Under the pieces are notes generated by a model. The model was not told the DNA's origin, did not search any database, and was given only the letters and a program-made list of their open reading frames with translations. DNA of 52,479 bases, taken from positions 1 to 52,479 of the forward strand of contig JBFWOZ010000020.1 in the NCBI GenBank assembly GCA_050250255.1. The letters run 5' to 3'. Source of the stretch: Bdellovibrionales bacterium (GTDB taxonomy: Bacteria; Bdellovibrionota; Bdellovibrionia; Bdellovibrionales; DASUEL01). Each line of letters starts with the position of its first letter. Position 1 is the stretch's first letter. Positions 18,114 to 28,940 of this stretch are shown in pieces. The translations under genes and the position numbers were made by a program.

Positions 18114-18219
18114 GCCTTATCTTAATCAAATCCCATCTCAAAAGGCAGTACCGCCGGACTAAGGTCGGGACGCTGGTCTGTGAGTTTATCTTCTTAGAGA
18201 GAAATTCCGAACAAAAAGT

Positions 18220-18951
18220 ATGAGATTAGCTTTCTTGATCCTCTTTTTCATAAGTAGTTTTGTGCAAGCTCAAGTCAGTGATCTTTGTAGGGGATTAGAG
18301 CAGGGACTTTATAATTCGTGCCCTAGCTGTAAATCAAAGGGTTACGAAGTCTGCGAAAAAGGGGCGCCGAGAAACGTCTCGAAAGCGAATGAGTTTATTT
18401 TATGTGCGCAGGAATGTATCAGCGGAAAAGTAGAAAGTTCGTCGGGAAAACCTCAATCGACAAAACCACCAACTCTCCCTGCCGGAAAAACAGTGGAACT
18501 CGTAGAACAGACGAATTTTTCTGAAAGAATCAAAAGTTATAACAGGCTCATTTGCAATTCGTGTCGTTCCTTCACCCTCGGAGTTGATCAAATGTATAAA
18601 GGGCGCGCTATTCCTAACGACAACGCCCTTTTTACTAAGTGCCAGGAGCAGTGGTCTTCTGCCGTATCCAATAGCACCTACAGTTTTGAGATCTGCACGA
18701 CGGGGTTGACGGCATACCGATCAGGTACGGATATGTACAGAGCTGGAACTTTTCGGTCGCAACGATATCCCGCAGTCAAAATAGAAGACAACTTATGCAC
18801 AACAGCATTCAAGCTGAGTGATTCCGAATTAAGGTGTATGCGAACGATGCAGGAATCTATCGTTTCTTATCCTCATTACTATAAAACACCCCCAGGAGAA
18901 GCGAATTCCGTGAAGACCCCTTCGAAAAAGTCTCCTCAAGGCGCTCAATAA
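18220..18951 (+). CDS. Secreted Cys-rich hypothetical protein
   Basis: Signal peptide ending VQA; CPSC and CNSC plus further Cys; no recognised family. Confidence 0.65.
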   Translation: MRLAFLILFFISSFVQAQVSDLCRGLEQGLYNSCPSCKSKGYEVCEKGAPRNVSKANEFILCAQECISGKVESSSGKPQSTKPPTLPAGKTVELVEQTNFSERIKSYNRLICNSCRSFTLGVDQMYKGRAIPNDNALFTKCQEQWSSAVSNSTYSFEICTTGLTAYRSGTDMYRAGTFRSQRYPAVKIEDNLCTTAFKLSDSELRCMRTMQESIVSYPHYYKTPPGEANSVKTPSKKSPQGAQ

Positions 18952-18969
18952 GAGTTATAACTTTTCTCT

Positions 18970-20553
18970 ATGTCACTCCAAACCGAAATCGAGCGTCGTC
19001 GTACGTTCGCCATTATTTCTCATCCCGATGCGGGTAAGACCACGATCACCGAAAAAATTCTCTGGCATGGCGGAGTGATTCAGGTCGCGGGAGAGGTGCG
19101 CGGAAAAGCGGGCACAAAGGCCGCAACCAGCGACTGGATGAAGATGGAGCAAGAGCGTGGAGTTTCGATCACTTCCAGCGTGATGCAATTTGATTATCAA
19201 GGCCTTCGCGTCAACCTTCTCGATACTCCTGGCCACAAAGACTTTGGAGAAGACACCTACCGTACTCTTATCGCTGTCGATTGTGCGGCGATGCTGATGG
19301 ATGCGGCAAAAGGGGTGGAAGAACAAACTCGCAAACTGTTTGACGTGTGTAAGCTGAGGAAACTTCCTATTTTTACTTTTGCAAATAAAATGGATCGCGA
19401 GGGGAAAAGTCCGCTTGAGCTCATCGATGATGTTGAAAAAACTCTCGGGATGATTTGTTATCCGGTTACTTGGCCGATTGGTATCGGAGATCAGTTTAAA
19501 GGTCTCTACCACCGTTTAGAAAATAAACTTTATCTTTACGTTCGTGGCCGTGTGGAGCCTGAAATTGTAGAAGTAGAATCGTGGAGCGATCCTAAAATTC
19601 GTGAACGTGTGGGTGAGCGTCTCTTTGATACTTTGCAAGAGGAGATGGAACTCCTTCAAGGGGTTGTGGGAGATTTTGATGAGGAGAGTTTTCTAAAAGG
19701 AGAACTTTCGCCGATGACGTTTGGAAGTGCAAAACATAATTGGGGCGTAGATATTTTTTTACGACTTTTTACCGACCGTGCACCGCCGCCTCAACCGCGA
19801 CAACTTTTGAACGGTGAAAGTGTTTCTCCTTACGAATCCGAATTTTCCGGTTTTGTTTTTAAAATTCAAGCGAACATGGATAAGCGACATCGTGACCGTG
19901 TGGCTTTTATCCGTGTGTGCTCTGGGCAATTTGATCGTGGAATGAAAGTACAGCATCAACGCTTGGGAAAAGAGCTCCGCCTCAATTACGCCAATCAATT
20001 TGTGGCGCAAGAGCGTGAGACCGTAGACCAAGCCGTCGCGGGAGATATTTTAGGTCTTAACGACATGGGGAATTTCCAAATTGGTGACACGATCACTTCG
20101 ACAAAAAAGTGGCAATTCGGCGGGATACCACGTTTTTCTCCAGAACATTTTGGCCGTGTCGTAATCAAAGAAGCTCTGAAAAAACGTCAGCTCGAGAAGG
20201 GCGTACGTCAGCTCGTTGATGAAGGTACGATTCAGTATTTTTACGATCCGCTTGTGGGCCATCAAGATCCTATTTTGGGTGTGGTTGGAGTTCTTCAGTT
20301 TGATGTGCTGATGTATCGCTTAAAGGATGAGTATGGTTTAGAAGCACGGCTCGAAATGCTTCCTTTTAAACTCGCGCGTTGGCCTTTTGAACCTGACGGC
20401 GCGCCATTAAAGACGCCTCTTAAAGGTTCACGCACTAAAACTTACTTTGATATCAATGATAAGGCCGTGATTCTGCTCGAAAAAGAGTGGGATATGCGCT
20501 GGATTCAAGAAGACAATCCTGACATTGTCTTTAAATCGACTATTTCCGACTAG
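18970..20553 (+). CDS. prfC: Peptide chain release factor 3
   Basis: [37 protein letters not shown]. Confidence 0.97.
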   Translation: MSLQTEIERRRTFAIISHPDAGKTTITEKILWHGGVIQVAGEVRGKAGTKAATSDWMKMEQERGVSITSSVMQFDYQGLRVNLLDTPGHKDFGEDTYRTLIAVDCAAMLMDAAKGVEEQTRKLFDVCKLRKLPIFTFANKMDREGKSPLELIDDVEKTLGMICYPVTWPIGIGDQFKGLYHRLENKLYLYVRGRVEPEIVEVESWSDPKIRERVGERLFDTLQEEMELLQGVVGDFDEESFLKGELSPMTFGSAKHNWGVDIFLRLFTDRAPPPQPRQLLNGESVSPYESEFSGFVFKIQANMDKRHRDRVAFIRVCSGQFDRGMKVQHQRLGKELRLNYANQFVAQERETVDQAVAGDILGLNDMGNFQIGDTITSTKKWQFGGIPRFSPEHFGRVVIKEALKKRQLEKGVRQLVDEGTIQYFYDPLVGHQDPILGVVGVLQFDVLMYRLKDEYGLEARLEMLPFKLARWPFEPDGAPLKTPLKGSRTKTYFDINDKAVILLEKEWDMRWIQEDNPDIVFKSTISD

Positions 20554-20590
20554 GCGACTCGACGAGCGGTGTCATTCGGCGAACGGTTTG

Positions 20591-20617
20591 AAGGGCCCGT
20601 GCTCGGGGACTTTTTTT
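20591..20617 (+). terminator. Intrinsic terminator after prfC
   Basis: CCCG-tgct-CGGG stem followed by T7. Confidence 0.5.
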
Positions 20618-20701
20618 GAGCTGAGAGTCGAACTTGTTTTTGCATTGACCCTTATCACAGGTACTGAGAGTTTAGACACGTTCTTATTTATAGGAGGATT
20701 T

Positions 20702-21145
20702 ATGGCAGGGGTAAATAAGGTTATTGTTGTTGGTAATTTGGGAGCAGATCCTGAATTGAAATACACAGCGAATGGCCAAGCAGTGGCGCGTTTTAATATC
20801 GCCACCAGCGAAAGTTGGACGGATAAAAATGGTCAAAAACAAGAGCGAACCGAATGGCATCGCATTGTTGCTTGGGGAAAATTAGGCGAAATTTGCGGCA
20901 AACATCTCGCAAAAGGCCGACAAGCTTATGTGGAAGGTCGCTTGCAAACTCGTCAATGGGAAGACAAAGACGGACAAAAGCGTTACACGACCGAAGTGAT
21001 TGCAGGGACAGTTCAATTCTTGGGATCTCGTGAAGGCGGCGCAAGCCGTGGCGGTCCTTCGAACGAATACGGTGAAGAATCGCAAATGAGCCCAGGCATG
21101 GGTGCGGAACCTTCTTTCGACGCGAACGAAGAAATTCCGTTCTAA
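20702..21145 (+). CDS. ssb: Single-stranded DNA-binding protein
   Basis: [24 protein letters not shown]...TEWHRIV; acidic C-terminal EEIPF. Confidence 0.97.
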   Translation: MAGVNKVIVVGNLGADPELKYTANGQAVARFNIATSESWTDKNGQKQERTEWHRIVAWGKLGEICGKHLAKGRQAYVEGRLQTRQWEDKDGQKRYTTEVIAGTVQFLGSREGGASRGGPSNEYGEESQMSPGMGAEPSFDANEEIPF

Positions 21146-21170
21146 ACTAAATATAATAGAGATGAAATGC

Positions 21171-21203
21171 AAAGCCGCGCTTTTAGAAGTAGCGGCTTTT
21201 TTT
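21171..21203 (+). terminator. Intrinsic terminator after ssb
   Basis: AAAGCCGC...GCGGCTTT stem plus T run. Confidence 0.8.
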
Positions 21204-21260
21204 ATTCCTAAAAAAGTCACTTTCTTCAGTTATTTCCCAAAAAACAGTTAGCAGTAAGAG

Positions 21261-22271
21261 ATGCAAAATCAAAATTCTCTGGCTACCTGGAAAACCCAGT
21301 TGGCACGCTATCAAGCCTCCCACACCGGTCGAAGTACATGGCAAGTGATCAACACTTTGGTTCCTTACTGCACACTTTGGTATTTGATCCACTGGAGTTT
21401 GGGTGTTTCTTACTGGCTCGCTTTTTTCCTGATGGTTTTAGCAGCCGGCTTTTTAGTTCGTACTTTTATTATTTTTCATGACTGCGGACATGGATCGTTT
21501 TTTAAATCTAAAAAAGCCAACGATATTGTAGGCACTATTTTAGGATTATTAGTGTTTACGCCTTATCTGCACTGGAGTCGGGAACATGCTCTTCATCACG
21601 CCACCACCGGCAATTTAGATAAACGTGGTCGTGGAGATCTTTGGACTCTTACGATTCAAGAATATTTAGAAAGTCCTCGTTGGCAACAAATTGCTTACCG
21701 ATTAGCTCGTAATCCCATCATCTTGTTTATTGTTGCACCGGCATTTTTAATGGTGGTGAAGGAGCGGGTGCCCGTACCTCAAGCTCAAAGACGTGAACGT
21801 TATTCTGTCCATCTTACAAACTTAGCTTTGGTAGGAATGGTTGTGGGCTTTAGTTTCGTCTTTGGTTTTAAACATTATATTTTGATTCAGTTAGTGGTGA
21901 TTGGGATTGCAGGAACCGCAGGAGTTTGGCTGTTTTACATTCAACATCAGTTTGATGGTGTGACCTGGGAAAGAGGCAGCAACTGGGATTATACGGATGC
22001 GGCTCTTCAGGGAAGTTCCTTTTATAAACTTCCTAAAATCTTACAGTGGTTCACAGGGAATATCGGTTTTCACCACATTCATCATTTAAATTCGAAAATT
22101 CCAAATTACCGTCTGGAGAAATGTCATCAATCGGTAGCCATTTTTCAAACTGTGAAGCCCGTCACTTTTTTTGCAAGCTTTCACGCCCTCACTTTGCGGC
22201 TCTGGGATGAACAAAACCAACAGATGATCAGCTTTCGCCAGTTGCGCAAAATCCAAAACACGCGTAGATAA
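21261..22271 (+). CDS. Membrane fatty acid desaturase (Bacillus Des-like)
   Basis: Three His boxes HDCGH, HALHH, HHIHH; TM segments. Confidence 0.92.
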   Translation: MQNQNSLATWKTQLARYQASHTGRSTWQVINTLVPYCTLWYLIHWSLGVSYWLAFFLMVLAAGFLVRTFIIFHDCGHGSFFKSKKANDIVGTILGLLVFTPYLHWSREHALHHATTGNLDKRGRGDLWTLTIQEYLESPRWQQIAYRLARNPIILFIVAPAFLMVVKERVPVPQAQRRERYSVHLTNLALVGMVVGFSFVFGFKHYILIQLVVIGIAGTAGVWLFYIQHQFDGVTWERGSNWDYTDAALQGSSFYKLPKILQWFTGNIGFHHIHHLNSKIPNYRLEKCHQSVAIFQTVKPVTFFASFHALTLRLWDEQNQQMISFRQLRKIQNTRR

Positions 22272-22275
22272 CCCC

Positions 22276-22296
22276 AAAAGGTGCGCCGCTCCTTTT
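22276..22296. repeat. 21-bp quasi-palindrome AAAAGGTGC-N5-TCCTTTT, copy 1
   Basis: Between the convergent desaturase and gspN stops; second copy at 38954-38974. Confidence 0.45.
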
Positions 22297-23260
22297 AGAG
22301 GATAGTGATGCGAGGGGGGACGTTGAAGTTTGAGCCGGTGAGTCTGAGGGCGTATTGTGTGTTTGCAGCGTTGGAAGATTTTTTGTAGTCGCTTAAGAAG
22401 CTTAAAAATAGACTCGCTTTTTGTTCAAAAGACGTCACGGTCGTTAAGCGTACTTCGATGTCATAACTTCCCGGTATAAGTTGTGTGCGCCCGGCGAGAG
22501 TTGCAACTCGTACATCTACGCGGCCCTTCACTTGCGCCACCAACTCATCATTCCCTTGCCCTGCCGTGAATCTTTCGATTTGAAGTCGTCCATCTTTTAA
22601 AACTCCTTCAAAAGTCACATTTTTCAACGTAATGCTCGGAAGGGCAAGAGGACCGAGTGGAGTGGGTACCACTTCTGTAGGGAGAACAAATTGGTTTACT
22701 TGAAGCTCAATGCGGCCGCTAGGCTGTTCAACCATTTGAGGGTCAATGTCGGTATATCCTGAAATCTTCACTTTCCCTTGTAGACCAAGAGGAATGGGAG
22801 AAAGTTTGATGAGCTGATTCAAATCTAAATTATTTCCATCAATACTAATATTTTGACTTGTTGTTTTGTTGTTAAGCTTGGCCTGCTTCAAGCCCATATC
22901 GATGTCGCCACCCATGAGACCAACCGCATGAATATTCATCCCCGGTTTAAATGCAAGAAGACTTGCGATAGAAGGATACACCGAGAGCGAACGTGCCTGA
23001 AGCGGAGGAAAGAGCGGGGTCTCTACGTGAACTTCGTTAAGCTTAATACCAAAGCCAGGAAACAGAGAAAGACTTGGCTCGCGAAATTGAACAAAAATTT
23101 GGTTATTCGTCATTTTGGAAACTTGAGAGGAAACAAAGTCTCCCACGTCTTGAAAAGGGAAGAGAATAACGAGGCTAAACACAAGACTGGCAACGAAAAA
23201 AATGACTTTAAATTTATGAAAACGAAAAGTGTGAATGAGAGACTGTATTAAGCCTTTCAT
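22295..23260 (-). CDS. gspN: Type II secretion system protein N
   Basis: Last gene of the gsp operon; N-terminal TM ending LFPFQD followed by a beta-rich body. Confidence 0.75.
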   Translation of the reverse strand: MKGLIQSLIHTFRFHKFKVIFFVASLVFSLVILFPFQDVGDFVSSQVSKMTNNQIFVQFREPSLSLFPGFGIKLNEVHVETPLFPPLQARSLSVYPSIASLLAFKPGMNIHAVGLMGGDIDMGLKQAKLNNKTTSQNISIDGNNLDLNQLIKLSPIPLGLQGKVKISGYTDIDPQMVEQPSGRIELQVNQFVLPTEVVPTPLGPLALPSITLKNVTFEGVLKDGRLQIERFTAGQGNDELVAQVKGRVDVRVATLAGRTQLIPGSYDIEVRLTTVTSFEQKASLFLSFLSDYKKSSNAANTQYALRLTGSNFNVPPRITIL

Positions 23261-23946
23261 TAAGCACCCTTCTTCTTTGGTGCTGGCGCTTTTGTAGGAG
23301 CTTCGGGCTCGACAGAAGACGTAGGCGTATCAATCGTAAATCCCACCAAACGATAAATCACATCGTAATAGTGACTATCACTCGTATTCGCTTTCATATC
23401 CATTGCTGTGAGGTGGACGTTGCGATTGAGTTGGCTCAGTTTTGTACCGATATCGACCACTTGTTTTAAGTTCAGTTTTACGAGCGTGACTTCGACTCCT
23501 TGCTCAATAACAGAGGCTGGAACCAGAGAAGTTTTAGGATCGTGTTCGGGCATTAATTCCATATTTCCCTGGATCTGTTCACTTGCGAGACCTGCTTGTG
23601 AAAGCGTTTCTTGTACAAGTCCCTGTAAAAGGGATGGAGTAGGGGGGTCATTCACCTCAGGAGCGCTTGCAAGTTCTCTTTGTACGCGAAGTAGATCCCT
23701 TACGGTTTGAATATTTCCTTCAAAGGCCGCAATGTTTTCTTGGCTCGTAGTAAAGCTTGCAAAAGGAATTGCTAAAATAAAGAGGACAAAAATTATACCC
23801 GCAACGAAAAGGGCAATTTTTTGATTGAGCGGAGAAAGTTCGTAGAAACGCTCTTCCCCTTTTTGATAAAGAGAGCTTTCATGAATTTTTGTCCAATAAG
23901 TTTTGAGCTGTTCAAACAGTTGATCTTTCAGTTGTGTCAGATTCAT
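23260..23946 (-). CDS. gspM: Type II secretion system protein M
   Basis: Operon position; FYELSPLNQK followed by TM; EQGVEVTLVKLNL. Confidence 0.7.
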   Translation of the reverse strand: MNLTQLKDQLFEQLKTYWTKIHESSLYQKGEERFYELSPLNQKIALFVAGIIFVLFILAIPFASFTTSQENIAAFEGNIQTVRDLLRVQRELASAPEVNDPPTPSLLQGLVQETLSQAGLASEQIQGNMELMPEHDPKTSLVPASVIEQGVEVTLVKLNLKQVVDIGTKLSQLNRNVHLTAMDMKANTSDSHYYDVIYRLVGFTIDTPTSSVEPEAPTKAPAPKKKGA

Positions 23947-25604
23947 TGCACACCTCGACGAGCCACTTTCACACTATAAGCAAATGCAATTCGGCCACCT
24001 TGTGCAGGCCGCGATGGTTTAAGCTCCGTCACTTGACGGTTTACGGCAAGAGATTGAAGAGCTTGCTTTAAGTTTGTAAGAGAATCTTGACGAGTTACTT
24101 GACCTTCAAGAGTGAGGACATTATTGAGAAGATAGAATCGGTTCACGTCTAAAGTGATTTGCTCTTTTTGTGGCACTAATTGTGAAAGACGATCCATGAT
24201 GCTCAAAGCAGAGTTAATGTCTTGAAGCTCAGAAAGGATTTTCCTTTTCTTCACTTCTTGCTCTTTTTCCTTAATGTAACGACGAACTTGTGTCACGCCC
24301 GTTTGGCCCCTCTTAAGCCCTAATTCTTGAGCTTTGCCTCTTAAAAGAGTTCCTGAAGTTTCCGCAATTCCTGCTGCAAATGGATCTCTCAAAAATGCAT
24401 AGAGATAAAAACATCCGACGGCAATAGCTGCCAGTTTAACGGCGTAATGCCATTTTTCCCATAAAATGCGAAAGGTGCTGTTCTCTTTGCTGAGTTCATC
24501 TTTACGAAAGTTGACGGCAGGATTTGCGGGACGTTTCGTGCCTTCAATTGCAAGGCCGAGAGCCAGTGAACAACGAGTGCCAACGGGTTCTGGAATATCA
24601 GAACGTTGGAACGACTCGAGCGGGTGGAGTATGTTGCAAGGAATTTCAATTTTTTGAGTTAAAAAAGGACAAAGATTTACGAGTTGGCTCACTCCGCCGG
24701 TAATATTGCAATGAGAGAGACGAATTTTAAAATCCCCTTGAATCTCAATGACGGCGCGGTGAAGATCTTCTTCAAATTCTTTAAAGGAAGAAGTAATCGT
24801 ATTTGAAAAAGTGATTTGATCAGCTGTAGCGCCACTTTCATTTGTGAGAATAAACCCTTTTTCAACAAGTCCTTTTAAGGCATCGCCGTAAGGTATTCCG
24901 TATTGCTTCATGATGGACTTAATAATTGTGACACCACCAAAATAAAAAGTACGTGTGGCGATGAGGCCACCCATATGAAAAGCACATAAAATTGTGCGCT
25001 CATGACCAATATGAAGAAGTAGATTCGCTGACTCAGGATGAAACGCGATTTCGCTAGAGGTTTGCTCCGATACAAAAGCCTTATCATCCATCTTCTGAGG
25101 AGTTGCTGACCAGTCTTCTTGGAGAGCGGAGAGAGCGGCCGCTTCGCAACTGATCACATCCGGATCAATGGAACCGTCGTGAAAATTGTTGATGATATTA
25201 ATAATGTTTTCTTTAGGACAAATAAGAGCAAGAACTTCGGTGGAATTTGCATGGTAATGCAAAACTTTTGCTTCAAAAACAGCTTGGTCAGAATTAAGAG
25301 GAATATCATCTTCTAATTCAAAAGGTAAACTTTGAAGAATTTTATTACGCTCTCGGAAAGGGAAAATTTTGTGTCGAATGCTAACATGCTGTTGGGCAAC
25401 CGCGACGGTGATTTTTGTTTTTGTAGGATCAGTTTGGCTTGCAATATCGCGAAGAATTTCAAGAATCGCGACACTCCTGTCTTGAGCAGGATCAGAGTTT
25501 AAAGGCATTTCAAAGCAGTCGACAAGGCGAACAGATTTCGCAGAGACCTCGAGGCTCACAACTTTTACTCCGTAGGTCCCTATATCAATGCCAATACTTT
25601 TCAT
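23943..25604 (-). CDS. gspL: Type II secretion system protein L (PilM-like cytoplasmic domain, TM, PilN-like domain)
   Basis: IGIDIG actin-like start, LPFELED.IP, ITGGVS, VNFRK followed by TM. Confidence 0.8.
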   Translation of the reverse strand: MKSIGIDIGTYGVKVVSLEVSAKSVRLVDCFEMPLNSDPAQDRSVAILEILRDIASQTDPTKTKITVAVAQQHVSIRHKIFPFRERNKILQSLPFELEDDIPLNSDQAVFEAKVLHYHANSTEVLALICPKENIINIINNFHDGSIDPDVISCEAAALSALQEDWSATPQKMDDKAFVSEQTSSEIAFHPESANLLLHIGHERTILCAFHMGGLIATRTFYFGGVTIIKSIMKQYGIPYGDALKGLVEKGFILTNESGATADQITFSNTITSSFKEFEEDLHRAVIEIQGDFKIRLSHCNITGGVSQLVNLCPFLTQKIEIPCNILHPLESFQRSDIPEPVGTRCSLALGLAIEGTKRPANPAVNFRKDELSKENSTFRILWEKWHYAVKLAAIAVGCFYLYAFLRDPFAAGIAETSGTLLRGKAQELGLKRGQTGVTQVRRYIKEKEQEVKKRKILSELQDINSALSIMDRLSQLVPQKEQITLDVNRFYLLNNVLTLEGQVTRQDSLTNLKQALQSLAVNRQVTELKPSRPAQGGRIAFAYSVKVARRGVQ

Positions 25605-25610
25605 GAATTT

Positions 25611-26885
25611 TTACTTTTCCATCCAATAAACGATAGGAGGCCTTCCTTTTTGAGAAGCTGACTGACCTTCTTGAGCACTAGAGCCTCCATCACCTGCGGT
25701 ACCGCTACCCGTGTTAGTGTCTCCTGTTGCTTGTCCTGCGGCCTGTCCGGTCGCTTGTCCCGTAGTTTCACCGGCAGCTGTACCCGCCTTTTTTTCTTTT
25801 GTTAAAACCGAAGACAACCTCTCTTTTACTTTATCAAAGTCGTAGACAATGGCAACGATCTCACTAGACGTTCGGCCATAGTTTCCCGTACTTGTGATTC
25901 GAAAGTTAAATTCGGAGTCGAAGATGAGCGGAATGTTCTGTTCCTCAATGGGTTTTGTATCGATCCCTCGAGAAGCGAGGAAATCATAAAATTGTTTTTC
26001 GCTTTGAAACGGACCGTCTTCACCGCTTCTTCGATCAATGATTTCTTGTGCAAGTTCGGCAGAGATTGTGGGAGCTAAGCTTTGAAGAACGCTACTCTCT
26101 GCATGATTGACCTGAAGTCCCTTCACTCCATAGATGGTCACAGCGGGGGCAAGGAACTCAAAGATCTCGTCTGTGATGCCAGAGACGATATGAAGCTCGT
26201 CTAAAGTCTTGAAAGGTTGATTGGGTGGAAGTTTGGAATCTTCTATTTTTGAATAATAGCTACCCTCATCTCCAGAATTCAAACTCACGTTGTCGGCATC
26301 CATCCAATCGATGAGGTTATTCACTAGAGTTTGCGCGTTGAGATCTCTGTTGTTTTTGGCCCATTCATCATCAGCCTGCAGACGATTTTCAATAAGTTGT
26401 ATTAAAGTTTTTTTTGTATAGGCCGCAAGTCCCTTAGAAGGACTGACAAGATCCGTCAGATCAATTTTTGAACTTTCAGATTGAATGGTGGCAAGATACT
26501 TGGCTTCCATCAGACTTTCTTTCGTCACCGTCTCCATCTGATCTTTGTCTACGGCGTGACCTTCTTCGGGAATCATGGGGGGCCACATGAATGGTGTGTT
26601 CCAGATCTGATCGAGAACTTGTCGATTATTACCCAATTGTTTCCCGTACTGTTTTTGTACTTTTTGATAGATATGAAGTCGTAAGAGACTGATCTCAACT
26701 CCAGCTTTCGCGGCATAACGAGATTTTAATCTTTGAATTTCTTGAGAAGAAATCAAATATTCGCTAGCCGTATCGTAACTTAATTCCACTGCAATAAATG
26801 CGATCAAGGCAACGGAAGTGATGGCGAGAAAAAGCGCAACACCTCTTTGATTTTTTAAGACTCTAAAAGGCGAAACCCATTTCAT
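25611..26885 (-). CDS. gspK: Type II secretion minor pseudopilin K
   Basis: RG|VALFLAI; ESSKID; LIDWMDAD; PPNQPFKTLDEL. Confidence 0.88.
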   Translation of the reverse strand: MKWVSPFRVLKNQRGVALFLAITSVALIAFIAVELSYDTASEYLISSQEIQRLKSRYAAKAGVEISLLRLHIYQKVQKQYGKQLGNNRQVLDQIWNTPFMWPPMIPEEGHAVDKDQMETVTKESLMEAKYLATIQSESSKIDLTDLVSPSKGLAAYTKKTLIQLIENRLQADDEWAKNNRDLNAQTLVNNLIDWMDADNVSLNSGDEGSYYSKIEDSKLPPNQPFKTLDELHIVSGITDEIFEFLAPAVTIYGVKGLQVNHAESSVLQSLAPTISAELAQEIIDRRSGEDGPFQSEKQFYDFLASRGIDTKPIEEQNIPLIFDSEFNFRITSTGNYGRTSSEIVAIVYDFDKVKERLSSVLTKEKKAGTAAGETTGQATGQAAGQATGDTNTGSGTAGDGGSSAQEGQSASQKGRPPIVYWMEK

Positions 26886-27811
26886 GAGCCACCTCTATCA
26901 GGAGGTGGTGGTGCTCCGGTCGCGCCGGCTCCTCCAGTTGTGGCTCCTGCCAGAGGATCGACTTCTTCCTTAGGTTTGTTATTTGGAAAGTGAATGGGAA
27001 TAATGGCGGAGAGTGTAGATTCTTTCCCCTGATCTTCTGCGGTCAGAGTGAGTTCTACTGCAAGAGGAAATTTATCTGTCGCCGCCTCGTCCATACCTTG
27101 AGTGGATTTCCAAGTAGATACCCAATCGAGCTTGTCTTCACCAAAGTATTTTAATTTAAAAGTTTTCACGTTTTCGAGAAGCACGGTGCTAGCGCCTCCT
27201 TTGTCGACCTCTTTGTCGATGTAAGGAGAGGAGCGTCGCCAGAGGCACATGGCTTCTTTGTCGGAATTTCGCGGTTTGCAGACCTCTAAATAATAACCGA
27301 CTTCAGATTGTTCGCTTTCGGGAGAATCTTGCATGAGCCGAATATGACTTAAAGTGGTGAAGTGCATGGATTGATCTGTCCCTAGAAATTGTGTGAGCTG
27401 TTCGTACTTTTTAGGCTCAAAATCTAAAGGAACGTTGGGAGTTCCGGTGGCTCCGCCTGGAGTTTTTCCTTGCCCGGAAGGATCATCGGGATCAGTTGGG
27501 GGTGCGGGGGGCGCACCTGGATTACCTACGCCTGCACCCGTTGCGGTGTTACCCTTTTGAGATTTCAGTTTCACGGCTTTTTCAATTTCTTCGTTCAGAT
27601 CACGATAGTGAAAAGCCAAATTGATATCCCGCTCAATCAAACGAACGGCATTTTGAAGTTTTGAGTCACGATCAATTTCCTTTTGTAAACGGGCCTTATC
27701 TTTACTGGATTTAATAATGCTTTGAGAAGTCAAAGCGGCGAGGCCCGCGAGAATCGTAATCGCAATGAGTACTTCAAGAAGTGTAAAGCCACCTTGCTTC
27801 GTGATCCTCAT
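26882..27811 (-). CDS. gspJ: Type II secretion minor pseudopilin J
   Basis: G|FTLLEVLIA prepilin motif; IERDI; FPLAVELTL; operon position. Confidence 0.85.
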   Translation of the reverse strand: MRITKQGGFTLLEVLIAITILAGLAALTSQSIIKSSKDKARLQKEIDRDSKLQNAVRLIERDINLAFHYRDLNEEIEKAVKLKSQKGNTATGAGVGNPGAPPAPPTDPDDPSGQGKTPGGATGTPNVPLDFEPKKYEQLTQFLGTDQSMHFTTLSHIRLMQDSPESEQSEVGYYLEVCKPRNSDKEAMCLWRRSSPYIDKEVDKGGASTVLLENVKTFKLKYFGEDKLDWVSTWKSTQGMDEAATDKFPLAVELTLTAEDQGKESTLSAIIPIHFPNNKPKEEVDPLAGATTGGAGATGAPPPPDRGGS

Positions 27812-28311
27812 GGGGTAGGTCCCTCTTTTTTGTACTCCACCATGTAGGTTGCAAGAGAGTGTTCAAGGGTTTTTTGTTCGTTTTTAAAAATGACCGAGAC
27901 TTTCATTTCCTTTACGGCGTCTTCAATCATCTCGGTGAGTTGTTTCACAATCATGATTTCGACCTCGGTAGCGCCACCAGGACGGGAGGTTAATGCGGAC
28001 GACATATCGGGGATTTCTAATTTCTTCGACTTCATTGTCCAAGAAATGGATTTGTAGTCGTCGCCAAAGTCGCCATCTTCCTCGTCGGGAATATCAGAGA
28101 GTGGGCGGTCTTTATATTTCAATTCGAACTCGGTCATTTTCTTTTGCAGCAAAAAAGACATTGTCGTCAGTTGTCGAGATCGACCTAACGAGCTAAAACT
28201 TCCGCTCCAGGAGTTCATAAGCACAATCAAGGCACCTGCCAAAATGATCATAGCGATGAGTGTTTCAACGAGAGTGAAACCTTTTTTTGAAAAAGAAAAT
28301 GGGGATTTCAT
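27808..28311 (-). CDS. gspI: Type II secretion minor pseudopilin I
   Basis: G|FTLVETLIA; operon position. Confidence 0.8.
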   Translation of the reverse strand: MKSPFSFSKKGFTLVETLIAMIILAGALIVLMNSWSGSFSSLGRSRQLTTMSFLLQKKMTEFELKYKDRPLSDIPDEEDGDFGDDYKSISWTMKSKKLEIPDMSSALTSRPGGATEVEIMIVKQLTEMIEDAVKEMKVSVIFKNEQKTLEHSLATYMVEYKKEGPTP

Positions 28312-28940
28312 TTCTTCCTCAAGTCTTTAATTAAAATTTTTCCGGAGATGATATCGGCTTGACCGGTAAGAGGATTGATCCAGATAGTGTAGTTCAGATT
28401 TTCTTTGTCGGTGAGAAAAATACTGGCTTCTTCGACGACTCCCTGCGGAAGAAAATGAATGTAGGCTTTTTCTTGCTCAATCACTTTGTCGCGTGTTGCT
28501 AGCTCTACGCCGCCAAAAATAAGAGGGTGAGAAAGTTCTGCAGGTTTTTTCATGAAGGAGGGATCTACTTGAAAGCCGACGCCGTCACTTTCATCGTCCT
28601 TACTTGAATCCTTTTTTCTTAATTCCTCTTCAATTTGCTCGTCCGTTTTAAAGGTGACTTTCTGAGAAGAGCTTTCGACCCAATAGGTGTGTTCGTCGGG
28701 AGAGGTCATGTCTATGACCAGTCGATAAGTGACTCGATTCAAGCGTGCAAGGTGATGGAGGCGTTTAACAAGAACGGTGATGCTACGGAGCTCGCGGCGC
28801 ATTTTGGGTCCGCGAGTTTCAAGGCGAGGGATAACCACAGCGGCCATAATTCCTAATATGGCCAGCACCATTAAAACTTCAATGAGGGAGAAACCCTTAG
28901 AGCTCTTCCGAGCTGATATCGGCTTCGTTGGATGTACCAC
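28308..28940 (-). CDS. gspH: Type II secretion minor pseudopilin H
   Basis: G|FSLIEVL; IHFLPQG...INPLTG; start overlaps the 3' end of gspG. Confidence 0.8.
   Translation of the reverse strand: MVHPTKPISARKSSKGFSLIEVLMVLAILGIMAAVVIPRLETRGPKMRRELRSITVLVKRLHHLARLNRVTYRLVIDMTSPDEHTYWVESSSQKVTFKTDEQIEEELRKKDSSKDDESDGVGFQVDPSFMKKPAELSHPLIFGGVELATRDKVIEQEKAYIHFLPQGVVEEASIFLTDKENLNYTIWINPLTGQADIISGKILIKDLRKK

Noticed and set aside
18313..18567. c-type cytochrome
   Set aside because: The motifs are CPSCK and CNSCR, not CxxCH.
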